From the NCBI GenBank assembly GCA_934140155.1, contig CAKPBC010000004.1, positions 65,675-129,674 of the forward strand: a DNA stretch of 64,000 nt, written 5' to 3'. Shown here piece by piece: positions 51,669 to 61,608 of the stretch. Every line of letters starts with the position of its first letter. Position 1 is the first letter of the stretch. Made by a program: the position numbers and the translations under genes. The notes under the pieces were generated by a model that worked only from the letters and a program-made list of their open reading frames with translations, made no database searches and was not told the DNA's origin. Source of the stretch: an uncultured Bacilli bacterium. GTDB taxonomy: Bacteria; Bacillota_I; Bacilli_A; RFN20; CAG-826.

Positions 51669-51743
51669 TGGCTGGGGAAGCAGGATTCGAACCTGCGATT
51701 GCCTGATTCAGAGTCAGGTGACTTACCGCTTGTCCATTCCCCA
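51669..51743 (-). tRNA. tRNA-Gln, anticodon CUG
   Basis: The reverse complement gives TGGGGAATGGACAAGCGGTAAGTCACCTGACTCTGAATCAGGCAATCGCAGGTTCGAATCCTGCTTCCCCAGCCA, with U1-A72, anticodon stem CCTGA/TCAGG, loop CTCTGAA and T-arm GGTTCGAATCC. It matches the Firmicute tRNA-Gln pattern. Confidence 0.85.
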
Positions 51744-51776
51744 AGTACATATATTTTACTACTTTAAAAGTATTTG

Positions 51777-51804
51777 AAAAGGGATGAAAGATAAATTCAT
51801 CCCC
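51777..51804 (-). terminator. rho-independent terminator after the Cys/His-rich lipoprotein gene
   Basis: Minus-strand RNA GGGGAUGAA-uuuaucu-UUCAUCCC followed by UUUUCAAAUACUUUU. Confidence 0.5.
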
Positions 51805-51824
51805 AAATCTAATATTATATTAAA

Positions 51825-54035
51825 TTATTTTGAACTAAGTTCAATATGTACATCACCATCAACAACATAGTTAGCAGAACTCATGCCATTTCCAGTAACA
51901 CTAATAGCAACTTCTTTGCCATTAATTTTTAATACCGGTGTTATATTATCGTTATGATAAATAGTGATAGTAATCGTTTCACATTTTTCTAATATATTGA
52001 ATGTGTCATCAGTTATATATTCATTATTAGCACTACTAGCATAGCAATAATTATAACTAGCATAATCATTACCAGTTATATAAATAGAATATAATTTTTT
52101 AGCAGATTCAACATTAACAATAGTGACGTTAGTAGTGGATACTTCACCCTTTTCATTTTTCGTTAAATTAAATTTAACAGTAATAATATCTTCTTCATTT
52201 AATGTATTGATATTAGCGCTAGCAAGGAATTGAATCAAGAAATCATTTTCATTATCATCAATAACCATCACTTGATTGTTTTCTAAATCAATTAAAGCAA
52301 CTTTAGCTTTTATTTCATAAACTTTAGTACTTGTTTCATTGTTTTGAAGTGCATTTCCATATTCTTCTAATAAACTCAAGTCAGTAATAACTTCTTTAGT
52401 CGCAGGAATAATAATATCTTCTAAAGATAATTCAACGCTACAATCTTTACTCATAAAATATTTATGGCATACTTTACATTCCCAATATGGAATATTACCA
52501 TCTTTTTCTTCTGTTGCTTCAACTCGTGGAAAATAGTCAATTTTATGTGGAGCGTATTCTTTTCCACTCACTTCAATTGTATCGCCACAATATTCACAAG
52601 TTTCCGTCCAATGTGATACTTCTATGCATGTTGCATCGGTTGCGTCATCATTAAAATGATAAGCGTGATTTTTAGTAGTTTCTTTAGTAATAGAATAACC
52701 ACATACACTACATGTAAATTTTGATGTTCCTGATTCAGTACATGATGCGGCTTTTATAACTTCTTCTATCAGAGTATGAGCAACTTTGCTTTCTTGTTCT
52801 ACTCCACAAATTGAACATTTATGCCAGTGATTAGTGGCGTCATAGGCATATTCGTTCCAAGTGTGTTTAGTTAAAGGTATATCTTCAATTACTTCATCAC
52901 CACATACGTTACATATTTTTTTAACTTGTCCAACTTCTACACAAGTTGCATTTTTTAATATTTCTTCTTTATAATCATGTCCTGGTGCTTTAATAGTTAC
53001 TTCATTTTGTACACGTCCACAAATTTGGCACAAGTAAATAATTTTCCCATCTTCTTCACAAATTGCTTCTTTAACTGATTTTACTATTACATGTTCCCCT
53101 TCGTTACTTTTTTCTTGACAATCGCCATTTAAGCATTTATGCCAGTGGTGTGTGCCGTTATATGTCCAAAGAGATGTAAAATTATGATCATTTGTCTTAG
53201 TTAAACTAGTATGAGTAACAAAATCACAAACAATACATTTATAATCTTGATGGCCATCTTGATAGCAAGTTGATGGGCGGTTATATTCGCAATCAGCTTC
53301 CACGTAATTATGAGCAACCACTACTTTTTGATTACAATTCTTACAATTATAATAATGACCACTTTGTGTTCTACTTACAATATTAGAATAATCTAGATCG
53401 TGTCCAGTTGAAGTAATAGTTTCTTCATAGGAATATCCACAAACACAAGTGAATTTTTTCTTTCCATCTGCTTCACAAGTTACTTCTTTAACTATTTGTT
53501 CAGTAAATGTATGGCTAACTGGCTCAGTATGGCTTTCCTTACATATTTCACAAACTTGCCAATGCGTATTTTCATTATAATTATACTTATTATAATTATG
53601 ATTAGTTTTTTCCAGAATGACTTCTTTAGTCTTTTCACATACACATCGATATATTTCTTTCCCTTCAACTAAGCATGTTGCGTCTATTTTACTTATTAAA
53701 GTAACGTAATCGTGTTTTTCTTTTTCACTTACATAATCACACTTTTCACATTTTTGATAGTGTTCATCTTCCTCGACGACGTATCTTAAAGTGTGCGGTA
53801 ATTTTGTGATTACCTCCGTATAAGAAAAGTCACAAGAATCACAAGTGAAAGTTTTTATTCCTTCTTCTTTACAAGTTGCTTCTTTCGTAATGACAGGTGA
53901 ACTAAAATTATGCTTATGCTCACTTGAACTTATGGAATCATTATTTGAATTAGAAGTATTATTATTACATGAGCCTAATAATCCGCTAGTAAAAACAAGC
54001 ATCCCAATTGATAAAAATTTTAATATTTTTTTCAT
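51825..54035 (-). CDS. large surface lipoprotein made of ~14 alternating Cys/His-rich (zinc-ribbon-like) repeats plus C-terminal beta-rich domain
   Basis: Lipobox LLGSCNNN. Type-1 modules alternate with type-2 modules, each starting with His. Type-1 is H.(F/Y)...(T/S)C...G...(F/Y).C..C... (e.g. HTFTEQIVKEVTCEADGKKKFTCVCGYSYEETITSTG). Type-2 is H.(Y/W)....(HW/HY).C..C...(e.g. HNFTSLWTYNGTHHWHKCLNGDCQEKSNEGE). No known family recognised. Confidence 0.6.
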   Translation of the reverse strand: MKKILKFLSIGMLVFTSGLLGSCNNNTSNSNNDSISSSEHKHNFSSPVITKEATCKEEGIKTFTCDSCDFSYTEVITKLPHTLRYVVEEDEHYQKCEKCDYVSEKEKHDYVTLISKIDATCLVEGKEIYRCVCEKTKEVILEKTNHNYNKYNYNENTHWQVCEICKESHTEPVSHTFTEQIVKEVTCEADGKKKFTCVCGYSYEETITSTGHDLDYSNIVSRTQSGHYYNCKNCNQKVVVAHNYVEADCEYNRPSTCYQDGHQDYKCIVCDFVTHTSLTKTNDHNFTSLWTYNGTHHWHKCLNGDCQEKSNEGEHVIVKSVKEAICEEDGKIIYLCQICGRVQNEVTIKAPGHDYKEEILKNATCVEVGQVKKICNVCGDEVIEDIPLTKHTWNEYAYDATNHWHKCSICGVEQESKVAHTLIEEVIKAASCTESGTSKFTCSVCGYSITKETTKNHAYHFNDDATDATCIEVSHWTETCEYCGDTIEVSGKEYAPHKIDYFPRVEATEEKDGNIPYWECKVCHKYFMSKDCSVELSLEDIIIPATKEVITDLSLLEEYGNALQNNETSTKVYEIKAKVALIDLENNQVMVIDDNENDFLIQFLASANINTLNEEDIITVKFNLTKNEKGEVSTTNVTIVNVESAKKLYSIYITGNDYASYNYCYASSANNEYITDDTFNILEKCETITITIYHNDNITPVLKINGKEVAISVTGNGMSSANYVVDGDVHIELSSK

Positions 54036-54154
54036 AAACTACTCCTTTAACCAAAGAAATTATATAACTATTAAATACTTAAAACAATATAAAATAAGCC
54101 GTGATTTTATTAACCAAATTAAAAGCCCTACCATTATTGATAAGGCTATTAAAA

Positions 54155-54766
54155 CTAATCTAATCTTATTAAGTCACCCATTAATCCAACATAAGCATTT
54201 TTGTTTTTTGCTTCAAATGAATCAGGGCGCGCAATTAACCATTTATTCGTTTGATATATCATTGGATCAAAATCAGAAGTTAAACTACCAACATTTGTTC
54301 CTTTTGGAAGTGCGACTAACATGATGAATCCTTCTTCACTTGCGTGACAAGGAGCAAAATGTAAAGTCGTTGAATATATTTCAACTGCAATTCCTTTAGG
54401 TACTAAGAATGCCTCAGCGTTTTTAGAATCATATTGTCCATTTTTTATATCTTCTACTTTTCCTAAAACAAGAATAAAATCTTCATTTGCCACATTAACT
54501 TCACTACTTTTATGATATTCTAAACAATATACACATTTATTATGTCCTGAGCAAAATCCAAATTGAATTGGCATATTACCAAACATATTTTCCCTAGCAA
54601 ATTCGAATTCAATTGTATTTTCTAGTTCTTCGTCACTTGCGCGATACATAACTCGATTAGCTGGACATTCTTTTGTTTTTAAAATTTCTAAAGTTTTAGT
54701 AAATGGATAATTAATTATTTTTCCAAATTTAGCAAACTTTTCATCATAAATTGAATTTATTTTCAT
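54155..54766 (-). CDS. hypothetical protein, possibly cupin-like (DUF4867-like)
   Basis: 203 aa, Cys/His-containing beta-rich sequence (FGFCSGHNKCVYCLEYH...HFAPCH). The assignment is tentative. Confidence 0.35.
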   Translation of the reverse strand: MKINSIYDEKFAKFGKIINYPFTKTLEILKTKECPANRVMYRASDEELENTIEFEFARENMFGNMPIQFGFCSGHNKCVYCLEYHKSSEVNVANEDFILVLGKVEDIKNGQYDSKNAEAFLVPKGIAVEIYSTTLHFAPCHASEEGFIMLVALPKGTNVGSLTSDFDPMIYQTNKWLIARPDSFEAKNKNAYVGLMGDLIRLD

Positions 54767-55104
54767 AAGTAATTTTTAAATAACTCCCGCATGTTTTTTA
54801 AAATGAGACGCACTCTATTTCTCGTTCTTCCTCGACGTGTTGGTCCATAAATGGATACACCAATAGAGATTTTTCCATCAAGATCTTTAATAAAATGAAT
54901 TGTGGTTTCATATTCGTCAAGAATACCAAATATTTCATTATAATCTTTATCATATTTTATATTATTATAATGATTATTTTCAAAGAATTCTTTAACAATT
55001 TTTGCACAATTATCCACATTTGTTTTCACTTTTATTGGATGTAAGGATGAATCTCTACTATCTTCATCACTCGTGGAAAAAGTTTCAAATATAGCTAGTC
55101 TCAT
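54763..55104 (-). CDS. hypothetical protein
   Basis: 113-aa ORF with a 4-nt overlap with the next gene, between the sugar-ABC ATPase and 54155-54766. Confidence 0.35.
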   Translation of the reverse strand: MRLAIFETFSTSDEDSRDSSLHPIKVKTNVDNCAKIVKEFFENNHYNNIKYDKDYNEIFGILDEYETTIHFIKDLDGKISIGVSIYGPTRRGRTRNRVRLILKNMRELFKNYL

Positions 55105-55118
55105 AGCGGCCTCCTTTT

Positions 55119-56444
55119 TTAGATTCTATTTGTTGTTGTCGGATCAAAGAAATGAATTTTATTCATATCAAATTGATAATCTAATCTATTGCCTGGGTTA
55201 ATTTCATTCGCAGAACTTGTCTTAATTACAACACGTTGTCCACCAATATAACCATAAACAATTAATTCGTGACCTAATAGTTCTGATACATCACATTCAA
55301 TGTTTATATCTGTGCCAGGATTTTTATTATTTATATCTTTACTAATATAAATATCTTCTGGACGAACACCTAAAACGATTTCTTCTAAATTGCTTAATTG
55401 TGCTTCGTGTTCATTAGTTAAAGCATCCATGTTTTCTTTAAATCTTTTTTCAAGTTCTTCAAGATGTTTTTCACGTGCTTCTAATTTCTTTTTGTAATCA
55501 CTAGGAATTACTTGGTTAACTAGTGCTTCTTTATCATGTTCATATTCAGTTTTTAAAGATTCTATCTCTTTTTCAAATTTTTCGTTAATACTTATTTCTT
55601 TATTTTTGATAAAGTTCTTTAACATATTAGTTTTTTCTTTATCTAAAGCAATTTTAACTTCCGAATTTGTATTTTCATCTTTAATAACAAAATTATTTTT
55701 AACTAATTTACCTTTAAAGAAGTTCATGGCTGGTGAGCCAATAAATCCTCCAACAAATATATTTGCCGGTGTGTTATATACTTCTCTTGGTGTGCCGATT
55801 TGTTGAATATAACCATCTTTCATAACCACAATACGACTTGCCATAGTCATAGCTTCGGTTTGGTCATGAGTAACATAAATTGTGGTTGCTTCAACACGTT
55901 TATGAATTTTAGCAATTTCTGTACGCATTTGGACACGGAGCTTAGCATCTAAGTTACTTAAAGGTTCATCCATTAAGAATACTTTTGGATTTCTAACGAT
56001 TGCTCTACCTAAAGCTACACGTTGTCTTTGTCCGCCTGATAAAGCCTTAGGCTTACGATTTAAGTATTGTGTTAAGCCTAAGATTTCCGCGGCTTCTTCA
56101 ACACGACGAGCAATTTCTTCTTTTGGTACTTTTTTTAGGCGAAGACTAAATGCCATGTTTTCATAAACAGTCATATGAGGATAAAGCGCATAATTTTGGA
56201 AAACCATCGCGATATCACGATCTTTAGGTTCTAAATCATTTACTAATGTATCCCCAATATAAAGTTCTCCACTAGTAATTTCTTCTAGTCCTGCGACCAT
56301 ACGGAGTGTGGTAGACTTACCACATCCAGAAGGTCCAACGAATACAATGAATTCTTTGTCTTGTACTTCTAAATTAAAGTCAAAGACAGCTTGTACATTG
56401 TTATCGTAAATTTTATTAATATTTATAAATTTTAATGTTGCCAT
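55119..56444 (-). CDS. sugar ABC transporter ATP-binding protein (MalK/MsmK family) with coiled-coil insertion in the C-terminal regulatory domain
   Basis: Walker [11 protein letters not shown]-loop [13 protein letters not shown], signature [14 protein letters not shown] and Walker [12 protein letters not shown]. An ~80-aa Glu/Lys-rich insert ([28 protein letters not shown]...) sits before the final beta-barrel. Confidence 0.85.
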   Translation of the reverse strand: MATLKFININKIYDNNVQAVFDFNLEVQDKEFIVFVGPSGCGKSTTLRMVAGLEEITSGELYIGDTLVNDLEPKDRDIAMVFQNYALYPHMTVYENMAFSLRLKKVPKEEIARRVEEAAEILGLTQYLNRKPKALSGGQRQRVALGRAIVRNPKVFLMDEPLSNLDAKLRVQMRTEIAKIHKRVEATTIYVTHDQTEAMTMASRIVVMKDGYIQQIGTPREVYNTPANIFVGGFIGSPAMNFFKGKLVKNNFVIKDENTNSEVKIALDKEKTNMLKNFIKNKEISINEKFEKEIESLKTEYEHDKEALVNQVIPSDYKKKLEAREKHLEELEKRFKENMDALTNEHEAQLSNLEEIVLGVRPEDIYISKDINNKNPGTDINIECDVSELLGHELIVYGYIGGQRVVIKTSSANEINPGNRLDYQFDMNKIHFFDPTTTNRI

Positions 56445-56455
56445 AATTACGCTCC

Positions 56456-57367
56456 TTATAATTTCATACCGGTTGTTGCAATACCTTCAACAAAATAATT
56501 TTGGAAGATTGCATAAAGAATTAAGATTGGTAAGATTGTTAAAATACTACAAGCCATAATAGCCGGATAGTTCTTACCCGCAAAGTCTTTGAAATTTGCC
56601 ACTACTAATTGAAGAGTATACATATCTGGATTTTGTATATAAATATAAGGTCCTAAATATGTATTGTAATGAGCAATAAATGATAATAACCCTTGAGCTA
56701 ATAATGCTGGAACAATTAATGGTAAAATAATTCTAATGAAAATTGTAAACCATGATAATCCATCCATTTTAGCTGATTCAATAAGGCTATCTGGAATTCC
56801 ATACATAAATTGTCTTAAGAAGAATATCGTTGAAGCACTTCCCCATAAACCCGGAACAATTAATGGAAGGAATGTGTCAATCCACCCAAATGAATCATAC
56901 ATAAGGTAATGTGGTACTAATAATATTGTACCAGGAATCATCATTGTGAAAATCAAAATATTAAAGAAAGTTTTACTTAATTTAAATTTTATTTTAGCAA
57001 AAGCGAAAGCCGCTAGAGCGGAGAAGAATAACGAGACCACCGTTGGGACTACTGAAACAAGCATTGTGTTTAGAAATCCTGTTAAAATAAGTGGCACACC
57101 ATTGCTATCAACATAGGCAAATACTTCTTTATAACCTTGCATAGAAAATCCATCTTTTGCACCAATAATTGTGAAAGCATCTGACATTGCATCACTTTTA
57201 GTTTTAAATGAAGTAATAACAATTATTAAGAATGGAAGAATTACTACTAACGAAGCAAATATTAATCCAGCATATATAAGCGTAAGATTAATTTTTTTAG
57301 AATGTGATTTTTTCTTCTTTTTTGGGGTAACACTTCTTTGATTTGGCATTACATTACTCAACATCAT
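56456..57367 (-). CDS. carbohydrate ABC transporter permease (MalG-like)
   Basis: 6-TM permease with an EAA-loop region ([21 protein letters not shown]). Confidence 0.8.
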   Translation of the reverse strand: MMLSNVMPNQRSVTPKKKKKSHSKKINLTLIYAGLIFASLVVILPFLIIVITSFKTKSDAMSDAFTIIGAKDGFSMQGYKEVFAYVDSNGVPLILTGFLNTMLVSVVPTVVSLFFSALAAFAFAKIKFKLSKTFFNILIFTMMIPGTILLVPHYLMYDSFGWIDTFLPLIVPGLWGSASTIFFLRQFMYGIPDSLIESAKMDGLSWFTIFIRIILPLIVPALLAQGLLSFIAHYNTYLGPYIYIQNPDMYTLQLVVANFKDFAGKNYPAIMACSILTILPILILYAIFQNYFVEGIATTGMKL

Positions 57368-58259
57368 AGTTCACCCACTTTTTCGATAACCAGAAGTTTA
57401 ATCTAGTTAATAAGAAGATAAATAAAGCAAGAATCATACTAGCGGCACATGCCACACCCATTTGTGGTGATCCTCTAAATGCTTTATTAAAGATATAGAA
57501 GACAATGGTCATACATTTTTCGCCGCCGGCATTAATAACGGAAATTCTTGTAAATTCTTGGAATATACCAATTAATCCCATAACTAATACATAGAATATA
57601 GTTGGGGTAATTGATGGAATAGTAACATGGAAGAATACTTGAATTGGATTTGCTCCATCAATACGTGCAGCTTCTTTTAATGAATTATTAACATTAGTAA
57701 TCGCCGCGGTAAATAATAAGATACGGTAACCACTAACAGACCAAAGTCCCATAATCATAATTGCCCAAATAAAGTATTTTTGATCAGCAAACCAAGCAAT
57801 ATCTAAACCGAACACTTTGTTAACTAAGCCATAATTGGCATCAAGTAACCAGTTCCACATAAATGTTGTCGCTGCTACTGAGCAAACATAAGGAATAAAT
57901 AATATTACTTTGAATGCTTTAGTAAATTTAACTTTTTTAGAAAGTAATTCAGCAATAATAATTGATAAGATAATAGAAATCGGTAATTCTAGAAATAAAA
58001 TGAAGTTATTTTTAAGTGCCTTATAGAAATAAGCATCGCTAAATACTACTTTATAGTTATGTAATATGTCACTAAATGAATAAAACTCTGCACCTTCAAA
58101 GTTCATACCAGGCATATTCATAAACGACATAACTACTGCCATTCCTAAAGGGATAATTGTGAAAATAAGTAGGCCGATGATGGGAAGAGAAGTAAATAGT
58201 GTCCCAGTCAACTCATTTTTTAACTTTCGCTTATTTTTCTTTTTTTTGACTTGTTCCAT
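57354..58259 (-). CDS. carbohydrate ABC transporter permease (MalF-like)
   Basis: 6-TM permease with an EAA-loop (EAARIDGANPIQVFFHVTIP). Confidence 0.8.
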   Translation of the reverse strand: MEQVKKKKNKRKLKNELTGTLFTSLPIIGLLIFTIIPLGMAVVMSFMNMPGMNFEGAEFYSFSDILHNYKVVFSDAYFYKALKNNFILFLELPISIILSIIIAELLSKKVKFTKAFKVILFIPYVCSVAATTFMWNWLLDANYGLVNKVFGLDIAWFADQKYFIWAIMIMGLWSVSGYRILLFTAAITNVNNSLKEAARIDGANPIQVFFHVTIPSITPTIFYVLVMGLIGIFQEFTRISVINAGGEKCMTIVFYIFNKAFRGSPQMGVACAASMILALFIFLLTRLNFWLSKKWVNYDVE

Positions 58260-58270
58260 AAAGTTAATCC

Positions 58271-60151
58271 TTATTTTTCTGTGTATTTTAATAATCTATC
58301 AAATGTTCCTGTATAGTCATTAGTGGAATAGAAACCCGCTAATGTATTACGGTAGTTACGTACAGTTTGATTTAAGTAGTTTGCCCAGCAACCTTCCGAA
58401 TCAATCCAGTCACCATCTTTTAAATACCACCAGTCACCTGGAGTTTGATATTCTGCTCCATCGATGAATATTTCTAAGTTTTGTGGATCTTTTCCTTCTT
58501 TAACATCTTGTTTAACTAATTCAGAAGCAATTGATTTTTGGTTTGGAATAATTGTTCCAGCTTCAGCAAGAATTCTTTGTCCTTCTTCTGTTGTAGCAAA
58601 TTTTGTGAATAAATAACCAGCATTTTTAATTGGTGATTTACTCCATACGCACCAAGCATTTGAGCCACTATGTGCTCCCTTGATACCTTTAACTGTTACA
58701 TTATCATTTTCATCAAATTCTTTATACATTAACATTGGAGCCACATCCCAACTTCCTTCATCCATTGAATCACGGAAGTCTTGGACACAAGCACGAATAT
58801 CAACAAGCATTGCCACGTGCTTATTTGAGAAATAGCCAGCACGACCATCAGTAGAGAATATAGCCGGGTTAGGAGAAATCTCTTTATTCATGATTTTCAC
58901 TTGTGCATTACCATATTTTTCATTTTCTGCTGGAGTAAATGTTGTTACCTCATTACGCATGATTTGATTATTTTTGGTAATACCCGCTTCTTTTCCACCT
59001 GCAAGTTTATAAGGTACTATTTCCCAGAATATATCAGTAACACCTTTTTCACTAGCATAATAGTGATTGCTATCTTTTATTCCTGATAAAGACATATATT
59101 CGCTAAATGCGCGGCGTTGAGAAGGTAATACTACACATTTACTAGCTAAATCATCAGTCAAGAAGAATTTATCTTCATAAGAAATAATTTCGTTTACCTC
59201 GTAAGAATTATTATTAACAGTTAACGCTTCTTTTACTTTGTAGTTAACAGTAGCGTCTGCTAAAGTGAAAGTATAGTAACCACCATTATATTTAGAATCC
59301 GATGAATCCAAATATTGAATACAATCGCCACCAACAGAGAAGCCATAGTTAAACCACCATGATGTTAAGAAGCCTTCTTTACAACCTGCTGCTTTATTTT
59401 TGGGGTTGGATTGTAATTTATTAGCAAGCTCTGCACATTCTTGCCAACTCATTTCAATTTTGTTATTAAAATAATACTTTCCATCGCTATATTTAAAATA
59501 TGCTTTCTTAGGATATGTAGTTTTGTTAGCGCTATTATAAGCATCAATATCTTTTTCATAAATTGATATTTCTTTAACATTAGCGTTAGCTAAGAATGTT
59601 TTATTATAATAAATTGCGGTTGAACCAGTTCCCTTAGGAATTCCATAATAATGAGAATTTTCACTATTAGATGTTGTTGTTACTGGATCATATTTATATC
59701 TTCCAACTCCGCCTTCAAACATATCTGCAAGTTGACTTTGCATATTAAGTTCAGGATATTTACTATTAATATAAGGATCTAAATTCTCCATAAATCCTAA
59801 AGTAACGAATTGCTTATAATATTCATCTGAAGCTAAGAAAACATCTGGACCTTGTCTACTAGCAAGGGTGGTTTTCATTTTTTGTTCCCATCCACTCGCG
59901 GCATATGGAACGAATTTAGCGCTAATATTATAATCTTTGTACTTTTTATTAAAAGCACTTACTAATTGTTCCATCCTCGTTCTTTCATCACCATCACAAT
60001 ACCCCCATACTTTAATTTTTGTACCTTCTTTTGATACCATTAGATTTCCATCTGAGTCAAACGAAATATCTTCTCCTGAATCATTAGAATTACAACCAGT
60101 TAATGCTGTTAAAGCAATTAACATCGATATCAATAAACCTTGTTTTTTCAT
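58271..60151 (-). CDS. extracellular sugar-binding lipoprotein of the ABC transporter
   Basis: Lipobox LTALTGCNS, 626 aa, immediately upstream of the two permeases and the ATPase. Confidence 0.7.
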   Translation of the reverse strand: MKKQGLLISMLIALTALTGCNSNDSGEDISFDSDGNLMVSKEGTKIKVWGYCDGDERTRMEQLVSAFNKKYKDYNISAKFVPYAASGWEQKMKTTLASRQGPDVFLASDEYYKQFVTLGFMENLDPYINSKYPELNMQSQLADMFEGGVGRYKYDPVTTTSNSENSHYYGIPKGTGSTAIYYNKTFLANANVKEISIYEKDIDAYNSANKTTYPKKAYFKYSDGKYYFNNKIEMSWQECAELANKLQSNPKNKAAGCKEGFLTSWWFNYGFSVGGDCIQYLDSSDSKYNGGYYTFTLADATVNYKVKEALTVNNNSYEVNEIISYEDKFFLTDDLASKCVVLPSQRRAFSEYMSLSGIKDSNHYYASEKGVTDIFWEIVPYKLAGGKEAGITKNNQIMRNEVTTFTPAENEKYGNAQVKIMNKEISPNPAIFSTDGRAGYFSNKHVAMLVDIRACVQDFRDSMDEGSWDVAPMLMYKEFDENDNVTVKGIKGAHSGSNAWCVWSKSPIKNAGYLFTKFATTEEGQRILAEAGTIIPNQKSIASELVKQDVKEGKDPQNLEIFIDGAEYQTPGDWWYLKDGDWIDSEGCWANYLNQTVRNYRNTLAGFYSTNDYTGTFDRLLKYTEK

Positions 60152-60168
60152 AATGTTTCCTCCATTAA

Positions 60169-61599
60169 TTATTTATTTAGAAGGCTAAATAATTTATTAT
60201 TAGCCTCGTCTTCCGTTAAAAGTTTATAATTTGAAAATCTTGCAGTTGCAGAATATGAGCAAATTCCAATAATGCTTTCTTCTACATAATCATCAATTGA
60301 CGTGACTGAATGTAGTTCAATTTGTTCTTTTGGGACAAATGCCTTATTCTCTAGTGTTATTTCACTAGTATTAGCAAAACATAATTCATCATTAACTAAG
60401 AAACCTAATGTATCTCCATTACGGAAAAGTGCTAATTTAACACCGTACTTTTCAAAATCATCACTAGGATTAACAAAATCTTCATTAGTGTAAGTTCCGC
60501 CTTTTTCCACTGTCCAGTTCCAACTTAAGTTATCTAAAGAACGTTGCGTTACACCAAATCGACCTTTTTCATTTTTCTTAACATAAAGTGTGAATCTATT
60601 TTGAAAGAAATATGTTGTTAAGCCAATTTTAGGACTATCACTTTTATTTCCGCCAATTGCGTCAATAAACACTTCAAAATAATAATTTGTTCCACTAAAG
60701 TCTTTGATAAATGCAATAGAAGATTGGGAATTAGAATTTAACAATACACTACCAGTTCCATCAGCTTTATCATTACTTAAATCAAAGCCATAATTTGGGA
60801 AATACATATCATTTTCTCCAAAAAATTCACCTTCTGGAGTAATATTTTGAGGACTATTTCCTTCGCCTTTTTTAATTGGAACCCAAGTATGTGGTGTCGC
60901 TTGGAATGCTAATTTTTTAGTTGTTCTAATTCTAAATGTTGCTGTTTCACTATCACTTGTACTAGGAACACGATTATATGCTGGATAAACCATTAAACCA
61001 TCAACATCATCTAAACTATTAAAGCCCAACTCATACCAAGGAATAAATAATTCAACATTGAATCCTTCACAAGTTCTTGTGTTAAATTCTCCAAGTAACT
61101 TGGTAGCAAATTGTCCATCAAAATATGAACTTGTATATGTACTAGCGCTTCTTACTCCACATAGTTTAGTAAAACTCCCACCAGCAGCTATACGATATTG
61201 TAATGTTTGATTATCAATTTTTGTTTTATTAATATCATTGAAGAATAATTCGACCGATGAGTTGTAATATACTTTTCGGTGACTATTATAAGCAATAATA
61301 TTATCTTTTACTTCAACGTAGCAATGCATACCTTCTTTACCAAAATATAAATAGGTATCCATATAAATTTTGCTAGTGCGATCATTATTAAAATATAATC
61401 GATGCACTGCTTCTCCATATTTACTTTCTTTTTCTCCATCAATAGTTAATCCATCTGCATTTGTAAAATCTTTTAAAGAAGATGGGATTGGATCTTCATT
61501 TTTATAATCATAACTTCCAAATGGGTTACTAGCGGAATTACAGCTACTTAATAATAAGCATAAAAATGGCATGAATAATAAATGTTTTTTCTTTTTCAT
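60169..61599 (-). CDS. lipoprotein with putative carbohydrate-binding (CBM9/DOMON-like) beta-sandwich domains
   Basis: Lipobox LLLSSCNS, 476 aa, aromatic-rich beta-sandwich-like sequence. The family assignment is tentative. Confidence 0.4.
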   Translation of the reverse strand: MKKKKHLLFMPFLCLLLSSCNSASNPFGSYDYKNEDPIPSSLKDFTNADGLTIDGEKESKYGEAVHRLYFNNDRTSKIYMDTYLYFGKEGMHCYVEVKDNIIAYNSHRKVYYNSSVELFFNDINKTKIDNQTLQYRIAAGGSFTKLCGVRSASTYTSSYFDGQFATKLLGEFNTRTCEGFNVELFIPWYELGFNSLDDVDGLMVYPAYNRVPSTSDSETATFRIRTTKKLAFQATPHTWVPIKKGEGNSPQNITPEGEFFGENDMYFPNYGFDLSNDKADGTGSVLLNSNSQSSIAFIKDFSGTNYYFEVFIDAIGGNKSDSPKIGLTTYFFQNRFTLYVKKNEKGRFGVTQRSLDNLSWNWTVEKGGTYTNEDFVNPSDDFEKYGVKLALFRNGDTLGFLVNDELCFANTSEITLENKAFVPKEQIELHSVTSIDDYVEESIIGICSYSATARFSNYKLLTEDEANNKLFSLLNK

Positions 61600-61608
61600 T
61601 TTTTACAC

